Assembly (NCBI GenBank): GCA_032718475.1
Contig: JAUCBJ010003106.1
Coordinates: 1-50,585 of the forward strand
Length of the DNA stretch: 50,585 nt
Direction of reading: 5' to 3'
Source of the DNA: Nemertoderma westbladi
Taxonomy: Eukaryota > Animalia > Xenacoelomorpha
The position numbers and the translations under genes are program-made. Positions within the stretch are counted from its first letter, which is position 1, and each line of letters starts with the position of its first letter. Below the pieces are notes generated by a model. It did not search any database. It saw only the letters and a list, made by a program, of their open reading frames with translations, and was not told the origin of the DNA. Shown in pieces: positions 12,773 through 24,819 of this stretch.

Positions 12773-13374
12773 TAGACACGTCTCATCAATGGGCTACTGA
12801 TACTATTGTTGTTGGGCAGGTCAGGTCTTTCTGGGTCATTGATCCCCCATGCAGCGATGCAGCACACAACTGCGGCTGAACAGACCTCTTCCCAAGGACA
12901 CTGGGTGCGGTTTATCGGGAAGATAACGTATTATGTTCTAGATTGCTTTTTATTTTGTAACGAATGAATTCCCAGCCCGACGGCCAAGAGAGGTAGCAAT
13001 TTAATATGAAAATAAGTACTAGAAATCCCATGGGGTGCTATTTATAGATTCTTATACAGTACTACCACTTTTCTACCCACTCTTCGCCGTAAAATACATG
13101 TTGGCTACACCCGCGCAACAATGTTTTATTACCTTTTGGTTATTTTTTGTTTTATTGTCAATAAACGTTTTCTGGGTTCAAAAGTAAATTTTTACCCTTT
13201 ACAACGAATGAAAATTCGCATCCTTATTTCACTGTATGTTAATTCTAATTCACAACATTTGTTGACTAATTATTGCACTATCCTGCCATATATTGTTTTT
13301 CAGTTTTGGTTCAGCCGTTTTGAAATTATATCAATTAATATAAAAAAAAGCCCATGTGGGAAGACATGACGCCC

Positions 13375-13910
13375 GAGTGTGAAGGAGACTTGAAGCCTTC
13401 AATGCTGACCTCTACCTAGAGATACACCCACGTGGAGAACTGGTTTGAAAATTATACAAGATATACATTAATAAAAAGTACCTTCCCGCGTTAAATTTTA
13501 ATGCGGTTCTTGTTGGGAGAACCATGTGAACGACCACCTAAATTTGTATCAACTTTTGGATAATAATTTATCAATTTAACAATCCCATTTTTTGAAATTT
13601 TTCTGCTCTACTAGAAAATAGACATGTTGAACATGTAATTATTACACTTCTTATGCATTTTTGAACGAATTTACAAGAATGCGAGGTGGGGTTGAAGTCT
13701 CCCCCCATTGAGGGAGACTTGACGCTTTTTCGAAAATACGAATAATTGGTTTAATTAAAAAAGTTTAATGGTTGAAATTCTCAAACTCTCACATACTGAT
13801 AGCAATCATAAATGTAATGTGAAATAGTTATACCGGCATTGAAAAATTTATTTATCTGTTCTTTAGAGCGATTATAACTTTTGGGGTTCAAGTTTCCCTC
13901 ACTCACCCTA
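13375..13910. mobile_element. Degenerate MITE
   Basis: Left GAGTGTGAAGGAGACTTGAAGCC and right GGGGTTCAAGTTTCCCTCACTCACCCTA are inverted. The motif recurs internally at about 13690-13725. Confidence 0.5.
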
Positions 13911-14479
13911 CAGCCGTTCCCATACACTCTGGCTCAGCCAAACAACCCAGACAGCTCCATAGCCAATCATTGTGCCAATTCTTCGGTTGGTTCTGGTTGT
14001 CATTAATGCCCTAAAATTTAAAAAATATTTCACTGGACTAGAGTACCTAGCATTGCATGTAGGACAGACACCATTACTTCCCTGGCTGTGGAGTTCTTGA
14101 GACCTTGGTGAGATGACGTTGCTTGCTGTATGTTACATACTGTAAGTAGATCCTCAATTAATGTTTTCTGGTTAATTAGTTGTGAAGCCAGAATGGAGGA
14201 GGCTGAGTTGTGAAGAGAAAGAAAGCCCTCTATGAAGGGCAATTATATTCGTCGATTTCCTGATGGTTTTTGATTGTGAAAAAAAAACTTAACAGTACTG
14301 CATTTTTGGAAAAGCATAGGTACTGTAGCTATACATGTACTGTAGGTTAGATTTTCATGTGTAATATTTTCATAACTGTATGATTTTTGGAAAGCTCTTC
14401 CAAAAAACCGCATCAAAATATTTGATTGAATCCGTTTTGCGATAGTAATAGAGCAGTTGTGCGACATTCTGTAAGTCTT

Positions 14480-14715
14480 TATGTTTATTGCCGACTCGCC
14501 CTAGCCTTCCAGAAAAGCCGTTGCTTTACTCAAGTTGTTATTCTTCGCAGACGACTTGGCTATCTATAGTTCGTGCCATGAAGATATACCTACAACGTGG
14601 CAGTGACTTTTTCGCCAACTGGTGTAATCGAAACTCAAAGTCAACATGGTAAAAACAAAGATTATTAAATTCCTCAAGGTGGCCGGCTCGCCAACGCTCA
14701 TAAATTCTACTATTT
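14480..14715 (+). pseudogene. Frameshifted non-LTR retrotransposon (LINE) reverse-transcriptase fragment
   Basis: Piecewise translation KLLFFADDLAIY ... LQRGSDFFANWCNRN ... LKVNMVKTKIIKF ... GGRL matches the LINE RT YADD motif and the downstream W..N.L.VN..KTK motif. Confidence 0.75.
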
Positions 14716-14789
14716 ATTTCAATATAATTTAATATTTATTTATCTGAATATTTCACATGAAAATCCAACCCATAGCTACTATACTACAG

Positions 14790-15010
14790 TATGGGACGCA
14801 GCAAACTTCGCCCACGAGAAAGCTTCCGCTCCCCCCCCCCCCCCCCCCCGCAAGCAATCTTAGCGCGGACAATCTTCGCCCTCAAAATGAGAGTTAACAT
14901 CCTCGTTTATTGTTTTGGTTAGAAAAATTCGTCTCTGAAACCTAACCTTTCTGTAACCTGTTCATTTCCCCCAATCGGGCGAAGGTTGGACGCGGGCGAA
15001 GTTGTGCGAC
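14790..15010. mobile_element. Small MITE-like element containing one inverted unit of the 61-bp satellite at 42 kb
   Basis: AACTTCGCCC ... GGGCGAAGTT subterminal inverted motifs. Internal CGTTTATTGTTTTGGTTAGAAAA...CTGTAACCTG. Confidence 0.5.
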
Positions 15011-17191
15011 ATTATACAGTATAACAGCAAAACTTCTACGAGCCAAATCATTAAATCGATGCTGTCATTTCAAAAGGGCCCAAAGTCACTTTCTTATGAA
15101 AATATGCATAATTGTAACACTTTAACCCGGAAAAAGTTCTCAAAACATAAAGTTTTCAAAAGAGTAACATATTATACATATTTCGAAAGCTCAGAATTTT
15201 CTAATTTTTTTAGTGCTATTCAGAGATAAAGCTAATTATGCGGGACAAATAAAAAAATAAAATGTGGTACAATTTTACAAATCCGTCTCCCAGACTACAA
15301 ATCGCTGACACCAATAGGCCTACATTGTACAACCATGTAATTATTATTAATTATCGGTGGACAAGGCATTCCTAAGCGTATGGGAACCATTTCCACTGGG
15401 GGGGTTAATATTTTTTAAATAAGATTGGGATTTTGCATATTTAAATCAAACTTTTTAAACAATGTAATACTTTGATAAAACTAACGCTTTTACATTACCG
15501 TTCGGTATATAAAAGTGGACCTACACCTCTGCAGTAGGCCTAATATAATACTGTTGGAAAAAGCTTTAATACTCAACAATTTAGCCCTTCATTGTGCCTG
15601 TAATTATGCCCCATAGAGAATGCCCCCCCCCCCCCGTCTTGTAAGCCTATGGGATTATTGTTGAAAAGTTGCGCATTTCATATGAAACTTGTCAAGAAAA
15701 ATATGTATACTTGTCGTTGGCAAGACAACTTTTTTATAATAGTCTTAGAAATTCTAGCCCCTGTAGCCAAACCACAGTTTATTAAAAACATGACACTTAA
15801 TGTATATGAAGCCTAACACTATAGGTAGTCTTGGAAGCATAACCGGGGATTTTTAAGGATAGTCTCTGCAATTTTTTTATAGCCTTGAATTTTGATTTCC
15901 AAGGAACAGCTTGTATTTCATGTAGTTGTAATAAACTTTGACCCAATTTCATACCCGTAATAGATATTATATTTTGGATGGTTCCACCGGAACATAAAAT
16001 TTTAGTATAGAGAAATTATATATGAAATATAATGCAGAAATTTCTTTTCAAGATATATTTTTTTATGCAAAGAAGTGGTTACAGAGGTTTTTCGATACAT
16101 AGAATTTATTTACACTTTATACTTGGGTTTCCTGTCGCGATAAAATCGATGGAAATGTACTGCAAGTAATTTTACTTAACTGCAAATTATATGAGGATCA
16201 CAATAGATGTAATATATTTGCATAAATTGTTTTTAATTCTTCATTATCGATCTATTATGACGCCAAAACAACACAAATTTTATTGACAAGTCTACGTTTT
16301 TATGTATTTTGGGATTTACTTTCTCATGTTATGTATAATTAAATTTGTGCTCCAATTTTACAATTTATATATGTTAAAGAGCAAAAAATTAGCTTTCGAA
16401 TGATACTGAATGACAGAAATCCGTTCAGCGCTTCAAATTTTACAACTTTGACCAAAATCGTGGACATTTAATTCCTTAAAGTGTTAGTGCCATATAGGCA
16501 TACCTCGGAGCACATTCTGTCACAGCCCCAAAGCACAAGGAATGCTCTAATTTCATAACGACCTATATCAGAGAATCCTATAGCATCCATTACATTTTGT
16601 ATTTTTCAAAAGGGCCTAAGTCAATAGGCACTAAGTCGATTTTTGTATACAGTTCGAAACTTTAACACATGCTCTATCAGCTGATAAAGTTTTGAACATT
16701 TTAACCAATGGAAAGTGATATTGCGAGGTAGAGTGAATCCCTATATCACAGCGGACAATATTTTACTGCACAAAGGCCCTATATCTCTCCATATCTTTTT
16801 TAGGCCCACCCGAACAATTGCAATTTATTTTCGACTTACTTAGTGCCTTATGACACTTAAAGCTACGCTCTCATTGAGCTTAAAACAACGACGCGCTATA
16901 ACGCAAAGATAATTAATATGTCGTAAATCATAACGAAAATATATCGTATATATCGATTATCGATAAATATATCGATTCGACAGGGTCGAAATAATTTATC
17001 ATTATTAAAGAAAATGTCAAACCAGGATTTAAAGGGATCTGTGATATAAATGAAGTATACCAGACGTTCGGCTTTATATTTCACTTTGCAGTTTACCCCT
17101 ATGTGAAGAATATCTAAGTTTTTACTAAAAACACAGGTTGCAGAAGTGATGAATCTATAACAAAAACAATAAACGATTTGTATCAACGTAC

Positions 17192-18211
17192 CAGGGTTGT
17201 TTGATTTAAATCATTTGATTTATATCATTGATTTAAGTCATGATTTAAATCACGTAAAAAATCAAACAATCAGATTTTTTTTATTTACATCAGGTTGTTT
17301 GTAAAATAATAGATTTTATATGAAAACATTGTGATGACTTTCCATTATAAACCAAATAAACAAATAATACCCAATAAACAATAATTCACCTCTTGTAATG
17401 GATTTGGTTCTAAATGATTAGTGTCTGGTTCTCAACGCTTGATGCTACAACCGGTAGATGCACGCCCTGATCCATCAGTTGTCACTGGTACTGCTATACG
17501 ATCTCCACCTTTTTCAATCACGTTAACTTTACAAACAGGCCTACTTGTGTTGCTTTATTGGAGTCACTAGGTATGCCTTGCAATTCTTTGCCGCATTCCT
17601 TACAAGTTGCACAGCAGCCTGTTTTAATTTTTTTCATGATTTTTATCAACCATGCTTTGTGGCCAGGATAAACATTGCATTATTGATTATTAATGAGTCA
17701 AATTACCTACTCACTTACATGAAACATGAAAATTCATTACCATGTCGCACGACCAATACAATACATGCGCAAAACAACTTTAATAAAATTGTTACAATTG
17801 GGAAAGCAGGCTGCTGTGCAATTTGTAAGGAATGCGGCAAAGAATTGCAAGGCATACCTAGTGACTCCATTAAAACAACATATAATTATTTGTAAAGTGA
17901 ATGTGATTGAAGAAGGTGGAGATCGTACAGCAGTACCAGTGACAACTGATGGATCAGGGCGTGCATCTACCGGTTGTAGCATCAAGCGTTGAGAACCAGA
18001 CATTCCTCATTTAGAATTAAACCCATTATAAAAGGTACAAAAAGGTGAATTGTTTATTATTTGTTTAGAAGTCTTCATAATGTTTTCATACAAAATCTGA
18101 TTTTACTAAAAAAATGATTTAAATAAAAAAAAATGATTTAAATAAAAAAAATCTGATATACATAAAAAGAATCTGATATTTTAAAAAAAATCATGATTTT
18201 TATCAACCCTG
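17192..18211. mobile_element. Non-autonomous hAT derivative with palindromic interior and a BED-finger relic
   Basis: TIR CAGGGTTG ... CAACCCTG and subterminal TGATTTAAAT repeats. About 17424-17625 is inverted at about 17803-18004. Relic translation GKAGCCAICKECGKELQGI...KQHIIIC resembles a transposase N-terminal BED finger. No TSD seen. Confidence 0.75.
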
Positions 18212-18551
18212 AAAAAAGTTATAAGATAGAAAGAAAAATTTAAAAAATGAAAATTTTCCATTGTTAAAACCTGATATTCTCCACATGGGCGATTGATTCC
18301 GGATACACCCTCAATACTACGACTACCCAAGGGGATTTATTTATTAGTTTGGTTTTGGTATTAAATATAATATAGACCAATAGTCTACTTTATTTATTTG
18401 TTTATATTATACAATGTGTCACTTTAATTGCCGTTAATTAGAGAAAATAAAATGTTTATGAAAAAGAAAGATGTTATTTATTTCAAATGAAAACTAAATT
18501 CACAAACAACGAGATGTCGAGCACAAAACTGTTTAAATGAGTCGCGATGGT

Positions 18552-19256
18552 TCATAAAGCGCCGGCTAGATGGTCTTTAATCTCGGCGGCTGTGAGTCTA
18601 ACAAACTTTCCTGCCTCCGTACACACACCGATCTCAACATTATCCTCGGTCATCGCTCCTTCGAAACTCTCCTTCAATGTGAGTATAGCAACGTGGATGG
18701 CATCGTCCAATTCTTGATCCGAATTAAACCTTTTCTCCAAGAAAGTTTTTCCGCTCACTTGGTTCTTACCGAGAGCAGTCGCCTTCCATGGGAAGTAGGT
18801 CCCGGAAGGATCGCATTGCCACAACGACGGACGACCTTCATCCACCCCCATCACCAACAGGGACACACCGAACGGTCGAACACCCCCAGACTGTGTGTAC
18901 TCCTGCATCACCGCTCCGATCCGTTGAACCAGCTGGCCAGTCGGTATCTCCTCGCTGTACTGCAACTCGTATTGCACCGCGATCTTACGAGCTTTCTTCA
19001 CAAGCACACGGAAGTCCGGCCCCATCCCGCTGTACACCATGCCAACGTGTTTTGCGATTTTCTCTATTTTGTGCACAGAATCCTGTTCGTACAACGCGTT
19101 TTTAGGTTTTTTTTGAGTTGCTAAAACGACGCCATTTTTAGCTTTTATTCCGACAGAAGGGTCGCCGGCAGCCACGGCGGCCAACGCGTATTCAATTTGG
19201 ACGAGTTTACCGGAAGGACTGAAGGTCGTTAAGGAGAAACTATATCGCTCTGTCAT
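18552..19256 (-). CDS. PSMA2: Proteasome 20S subunit alpha type-2, intronless
   Basis: 234 aa with [44 protein letters not shown] and LTLKESFEG. Full length and uninterrupted. Confidence 0.97.
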   Translation of the reverse strand: MTERYSFSLTTFSPSGKLVQIEYALAAVAAGDPSVGIKAKNGVVLATQKKPKNALYEQDSVHKIEKIAKHVGMVYSGMGPDFRVLVKKARKIAVQYELQYSEEIPTGQLVQRIGAVMQEYTQSGGVRPFGVSLLVMGVDEGRPSLWQCDPSGTYFPWKATALGKNQVSGKTFLEKRFNSDQELDDAIHVAILTLKESFEGAMTEDNVEIGVCTEAGKFVRLTAAEIKDHLAGAL

Positions 19257-20400
19257 CTTGTTGATCTAGGTAGGCCTCAAGGTTCACGGTTCCGGTACTA
19301 CAGTACCCGGTTACTATACCTGTATACAGCTATAACTGTATAAGTAGATAGATAGAGATAGAGCAGTACTGCAGTAGCCAGGTAGTAGCTGAGTAGAGTA
19401 GAGTTCAGGAGTATGGAGCTGGCAGGCCGGTGTACAGTTGTAATGCAGTAATGCCTGAATGCTGAATGGTAATGTGCCCTGGAAAATGAAAAATACAGAC
19501 TGAACACTGAAAGCAAAGAACCATACAAAATCACCCAGTCACCCCCGGCTGCCCGGTTAAAATTCACTACCGGTACTGTCTGACTGTATTCTCACTCCCG
19601 TCAGCCCGTCACCCGGGGTGTATTTTCCCTAGCTGCCTAGTGTATTTTAACCCCCTCTGCAGCTCTGCCCTCCAGCTCCAGTGAAAACTCACCCCTGCTG
19701 CCCTGCATTTATCAATTTTCACTCTGTGCAAATCAATCCTGCAATCCCCGGTCTGTCGGTTAAATTTCTCAAGTGAATTCCGTATTCTCACTCCCGGCAC
19801 CCGGTAGGCCTATAATTTTTCTGTATCTTCTACAGTCAGACAGTAGGCCTACAGCAGTAGTCTGGTACCGGTAGTACTTTAACAGGTTAATACAAAACTC
19901 CAGCGTGTGTTTGTTTGTCTGTTTGTGTAGGCCTACTACTGCAGTACTGTACTAGAGGTATCTGTGGTCGTTTGTTCGCTTAACTCTGTAACTGTAGGCC
20001 GGTACTTACAGACTAAATACTGCAGTTAGGTAGGCCTACTGCAGTACTGTACAGCTGTACAGTATACCACAGTACAGCAGTACCTACCGGTACCAGTCTG
20101 CCAGTGTTGCTCTGTTGCTAGCGTTACAACAGTAGGCCTAGCACAGTACAGTAGTAGTACGGGTACTGCAGTAGTACTGTAGTACACGCGTGCGTATTTC
20201 TTTATTTTACTGGCTGCACTGTATGATTCAAGGCCTAACGCATTACAGCACCTGTCTGCTGCATTCTGGATGATATAGCAAATGACACAGCGAAATACAG
20301 AAACTTTAAAGTAAAACAAAAACAGTCTGACAAGGCCTGTGATTACATGTCTATCATTCCAGTTGTTATAAAATTTGAATAAATTACGAGCCACTTAAAA

Positions 20401-20416
20401 CCCTATTAAACCCGGG

Positions 20417-20447
<31 letters not shown>

Positions 20448-21410
20448 GATCAATATGATCCTGACCCACCCGTGTTTTTTTTTGTTATAACTCTGAAACA
20501 AACGCAGTTGGGTATCAAACTTGTATTTTTCAGTGCTGTGTGCAAAATTTGGTGCCAGCACGAAATTTTCAATAATTCAATTGATTTGTGACAACATGTT
20601 TCTCACATTTTTAGATGTTTATGGCGGTTCTGAATTCAATGGAATAAATAATTATCTAACGCTACTAGGAGTTCTCAAACTTGTATTTTTCGCCGGTGGG
20701 TGAAAATTTATTATTGTGCCAGCTCACCAAATTGTTGTATATAAGAAAATTGATCAGTATAGATAGTATCATCTTGTTTCTTGTGTTATACTTGTTTTTG
20801 AGGGTCCTGAATCCGATGGAATCAATAATAAACATTGTACTTTTTGGTGATGGGTACGAAATTCGGTGTTAGCACCAAAATTTGCGATATTACGCCGAAA
20901 AATACGTGTAGCTATGATCTGGTAATTTAGAAATGTATTACATTAGAATCAGCGCCCCAGAAATCCTGAAAATATTAATTTATATCAACGTATATTGCAA
21001 GTGAATTAAAAATTTTGAGTACATACTGAAAAGTGTTGGTTACTGTGTACTTGTTTTATTTTTAATTTTATTGCCTATGTAGAGGACTAACGCAGCCATT
21101 TATAGTAATCAGATCATTTTTAAATATTTTCCAATGGATTTTGCGCCCCAGAAAATCAATATTGAAAAACAATTACAATTGTAATTGTAACGAACGAAAA
21201 TTGTAACTTTCAAATTTTATGAAAATTGTTCACTACTTGTAATTTTGGTGCTGCAAAATAACCACCCCAGTATTTTTTTTCGAAATTTCTTTTCGGTCGG
21301 ATTCAGACTAGTGTATTCTACGTACAAACAAAAAATCAGACGTTTTCGTTAAAATTTGTAGATTTTAGAAGGGTGGGGGGAGGGGGGCCAATATGACCCC
21401 CCCCCCCGGT
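20401..21410. mobile_element. piggyBac-like MITE whose right tip appears displaced to 40642-40661
   Basis: Left end TTAAAA|CCCTATTA...G-run. Right subterminal GGGGGGCCAATATGACCCCCCCCCCCGGT. The matching TAATAGGG|TTAA occurs at 40654-40665, just after the LTR element. Confidence 0.6.
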
Positions 21411-21433
21411 ATTAGTACAATATTTTATAGCCT

Positions 21434-22559
21434 TGTAAAGGCTTTTGCGGATATAACTAATCATTTTTCCCGCAAAGTACTGTGTATTTGTTTTAGCGGA
21501 CATAAAAAGCCATTTTTTCTGTATGTGTACTTTAGCGGACATAACAAGCCATTTTATGCCGCAATACGCCAAATACTCTTAATAGAGTGTAGTTCAGATG
21601 ACGACATCTATCAGCTGATTTAATGTCGATGTGGAGCTTTCTTAACTCTCTTTGTTTGGCTCACTCAACCAATCAGAGCGATTTTCATTTTATTTGTACA
21701 GAAGCCTACGGGAAATCGCGCAATGCATGACGGTCTTTGTTTACCTTTTCCTGAGCCCCAGAACATCGGCTTTGGAATTATTCTTAGTTTCAGGCTTTAG
21801 CCAAATATTCGACGGCTTTGATTATAGGAACGTATAACTGTTATCCTACCTACCATACATACTTGTCCTACCGCATTATTTTACTTCTGTTTACTGTCGG
21901 TTATTAATTGTTAGAAGTTGATGGATATGTTGTTATATTTGGAGAATATCGATAAATAATCATAAAACCCCAATCTTCTTGATATACTGAAGGTAAGAGG
22001 GACCAGTTACCTGTAGCAACTGCGACTTACATTATAGTGGTTTTGGAGTGAATTGAATGCTATTTCATAATCCCTACATGTGTCAGTTGCTATTCTCCTT
22101 ATATATGATCAAATTTAGTGAAGGTCGGCAGATCAGTGTGCAGCAGTGTGCGGTAGTGTGCATGAGTGTGATAGATAACAAAGCATTTCCTAAAGAATGC
22201 GCTTTATACGAAAATCATTAGCCATCCCGTTGTGTTTAGTGTACGTCATAACTCTGTTTACATACTTAGAGCGCCACGTCCTAAAGGAACTGTTATAATA
22301 TTTCCCTAAAGTAAATAATATTTGTCAGAGATATTATAGTAACAAGCAATCGAATAATACAGTAAGTCTACACCGCAATAAGGTCAGAGCCTCCGTATCC
22401 AGTCTCCCTTAACTGTGGGTGAATGGTCGCGCATAGGCTGGCTACGGCTAATGTAACTTTATATGCAACAAATACTTGTTATAGGCTAAAGTCGATTTAT
22501 AAACTAGAAGACACCTAAATTTGGCGGGTTAAACTGCTAAAGGTCTAAAAGCGCGAACA
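21434..22559 (+). repeat. 5' LTR (TGTAAAGG...CGCGAACA, 1126 bp)
   Basis: TG..CA ends, independently defined by the TSD-flanked solo copy. CCAAT box at 21669 and donor-like AAG|GTAAGA at 21993. Confidence 0.88.
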
Positions 22560-22570
22560 ATAACAGTTAT
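22560..22570 (+). promoter_or_regulatory. Putative non-tRNA (self-priming) primer-binding site ATAACAGTTAT
   Basis: Abuts the LTR end, lacks TGG, and is the exact reverse complement of ATAACTGTTAT at 21834-21844 inside the LTR. Confidence 0.55.
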
Positions 22571-23637
22571 TCTAGTTTCTTTATTGCAACGTAGGCAATA
22601 AAGTCGAAAGTACCGGTCGACTGGTAACCTGTAGGCCTAACTACCTAACCACCCGAACCGGTACTTGTAGGTACTTCAGTATTATTTGATTTTGATAATT
22701 ATATACCGGTAGGTCTTGACATTTAATCAGGGACTGCAGCCCTGGTTTTTTATTGAGATTTTACTTATTTCTGTCAGTTTTATTTATCTGTAAGTTAATA
22801 TTGAGCAGAAGGCGTGTAAACCTGCTCAGATTGTACAAATAATTTGTAGGCTGGATTGTTGTCTGGCTGTTGTCAGGTCCGAAGAGATTGCAGTGTGTGT
22901 AGAGTGTATGTCCGATAAAATACTAGTTAGGAAGGTGGGGGCATCCAGTGTTGTAAGGTAAATTCCCTCCGAAAGAATAAGTCGTACTACTCGGTTAGAA
23001 CGTATACTAACTAACCATTTCGGAGTCTGCATATACTGTAGTTTATTTAGGCTTGATAGTAGTCTGCCAGCGTTTGGTCTGTATTTTGTTTGTGTAGTCT
23101 GTAAGGGTAGCGTAATATTTATTATTCAGAGTTTATGCGATTATTCGCAACATTCATACCCCCAAGTTTATTCCTACAGTAATTGTGCTTGTTATATATA
23201 CCGTTATAGTTAAATTAACCCCGGTACTACATCAGGGCTGTTTGGCGTAGGTAAAGACTGGTGATTTTATGCTCTAGTCACTCCGGCAGATACCATGGTT
23301 CTTTTAGCTGTACAAGTATTTTTAACTGCTGGTTATTTGTTGTATAAGTACTTGTACCTAATTTAGGGTTTAGTGTACAGTGCTTTCCGAAGGTAATTAG
23401 TGTGTAGGCAGTATATTTGTGTTGTAAAGTGGTTAATAGGCACGTTGGCTCTGGTAGGCCGCGGTAATTAACTTCTAGGTAGGAACACTCCGTGATACAT
23501 AACGTAGTACTTATAGCGCTACGGCTATAAGTCGTCAGACGGTGGTATTTTTCCTATCTGGACAACGCAGTATATTCACTACTGCTTTATTACTTTCAAA
23601 TACCGTAGTATCCAGTCCGTTTGTAATAACCAGATAT

Positions 23638-24819
23638 TGTTCGCGCTTTCAGACCTTTAGCAGTTTAACCTGCCAAATTTAGATGTCTTCTAGATTATAA
23701 ATCGACTTTAGCCTATGACGAGTATTTGATACACTACATTAGCCGAAGCCAGTCTATGCGCGACCATTCACCCGCTGGATATACCCGGGAGACTGGATTC
23801 GGAAGCTTTGACCTTATTGCGGTGTAGGCCTACTGTATTATTCGACTGATCGTTAATATATAATTTCTGACAAATATTATTCACTTTCGGGAAATATCAA
23901 CAGTTCCTTTAGGACGTGGCGCTCTAAATATGTAAACAGAGTTATGACTTACACTAACACAACGGGATGGCTATTGGTTCACGTATAAAGCGCATTCTTT
24001 AGGATATGCTTTGTTATCAGTCACAATCATGCACACTACCGCACAATGCTGCACACCGATCTGCCGACCTTCACTAATTTTAGTCACATATAAAGAGAAC
24101 AGCAACCGACTCATGTAGTGCCTATGAAATAGCATTAGATTCACTCCAAAACCACTTTAATGTAAGTCGCAATTGATATATATGTAACCGGTCTCTTACC
24201 TTCAGTATATCAAGAAGATTGGGGGTTTTATAATTATTTATCGATATTATCCAAATATAATAATATTCCATCAACTGATATAATTAATAACCGACAGTAA
24301 ATAGCAGTAAAAATGCGGTGTTTGTAGGTGACAATATGATTTGTGTTGAGTTGGTATGATTTGATTTGTGATTAGATAACAGTTATACGTTTCTATGACC
24401 AAAGCCTACTTAATGTTTGGCTAAAGCCTGAAACATAGAAATTCCAAAGCCGGTCTTCTGGCTGTGGACAAAATACACATACTGACTGAATTGCATGAGT
24501 TTCTGTATACAATCTCCAACACAGAGTCAAAAAACGCTCTGATTGGTCGACCGAACAAAGAACGAACAAAGAAAAAGTTACACGTGTACATATCAGCTGT
24601 TAGATGTCGTCATGGTAACTACACTGTATCAAGAGGATTTTGGCTTATTGCGACATAAGATCGCTAGTTATGTCCGCTAAAGTACACATACAGAAGAAAT
24701 GGCTTTTTATGTCCACTAAAACACCGGTACAGTAAGGAAACGGCTTTTTATGTCCGTTAAAACACCTACAGAGTACTTTGCGGGGAAAATAACTAGCTAG
24801 ATCCGCAAAAGCCTTTACA
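23638..24819 (-). mobile_element. Solo LTR of the same family, reverse orientation, nested in the element's leader
   Basis: TGTTCGCG...CCTTTACA is a diverged reverse complement of 21434-22559. Perfect 5-bp TSD GATAT at 23633-23637 and 24820-24824. Confidence 0.92.

Noticed and set aside
12450-12790. Possible hammerhead ribozyme split by the MITE (CTGATTG...GGCCGAAACGTA|GACACGTC)
   Set aside because: The core deviates from CUGANGA, and stems I and II do not form convincingly.
18570-19124. Plus-strand ORFs overlapping PSMA2 (and antisense ORFs over gag-pol)
   Set aside because: Antisense shadows of real coding sequence.
21434-24819. A single 3.4-kb foldback DNA transposon, or a DIRS-type inverted-repeat structure
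   Set aside because: The right arm has its own TG..CA ends and GATAT TSD, so it is a solo LTR. The element encodes a DDE integrase, not a tyrosine recombinase.
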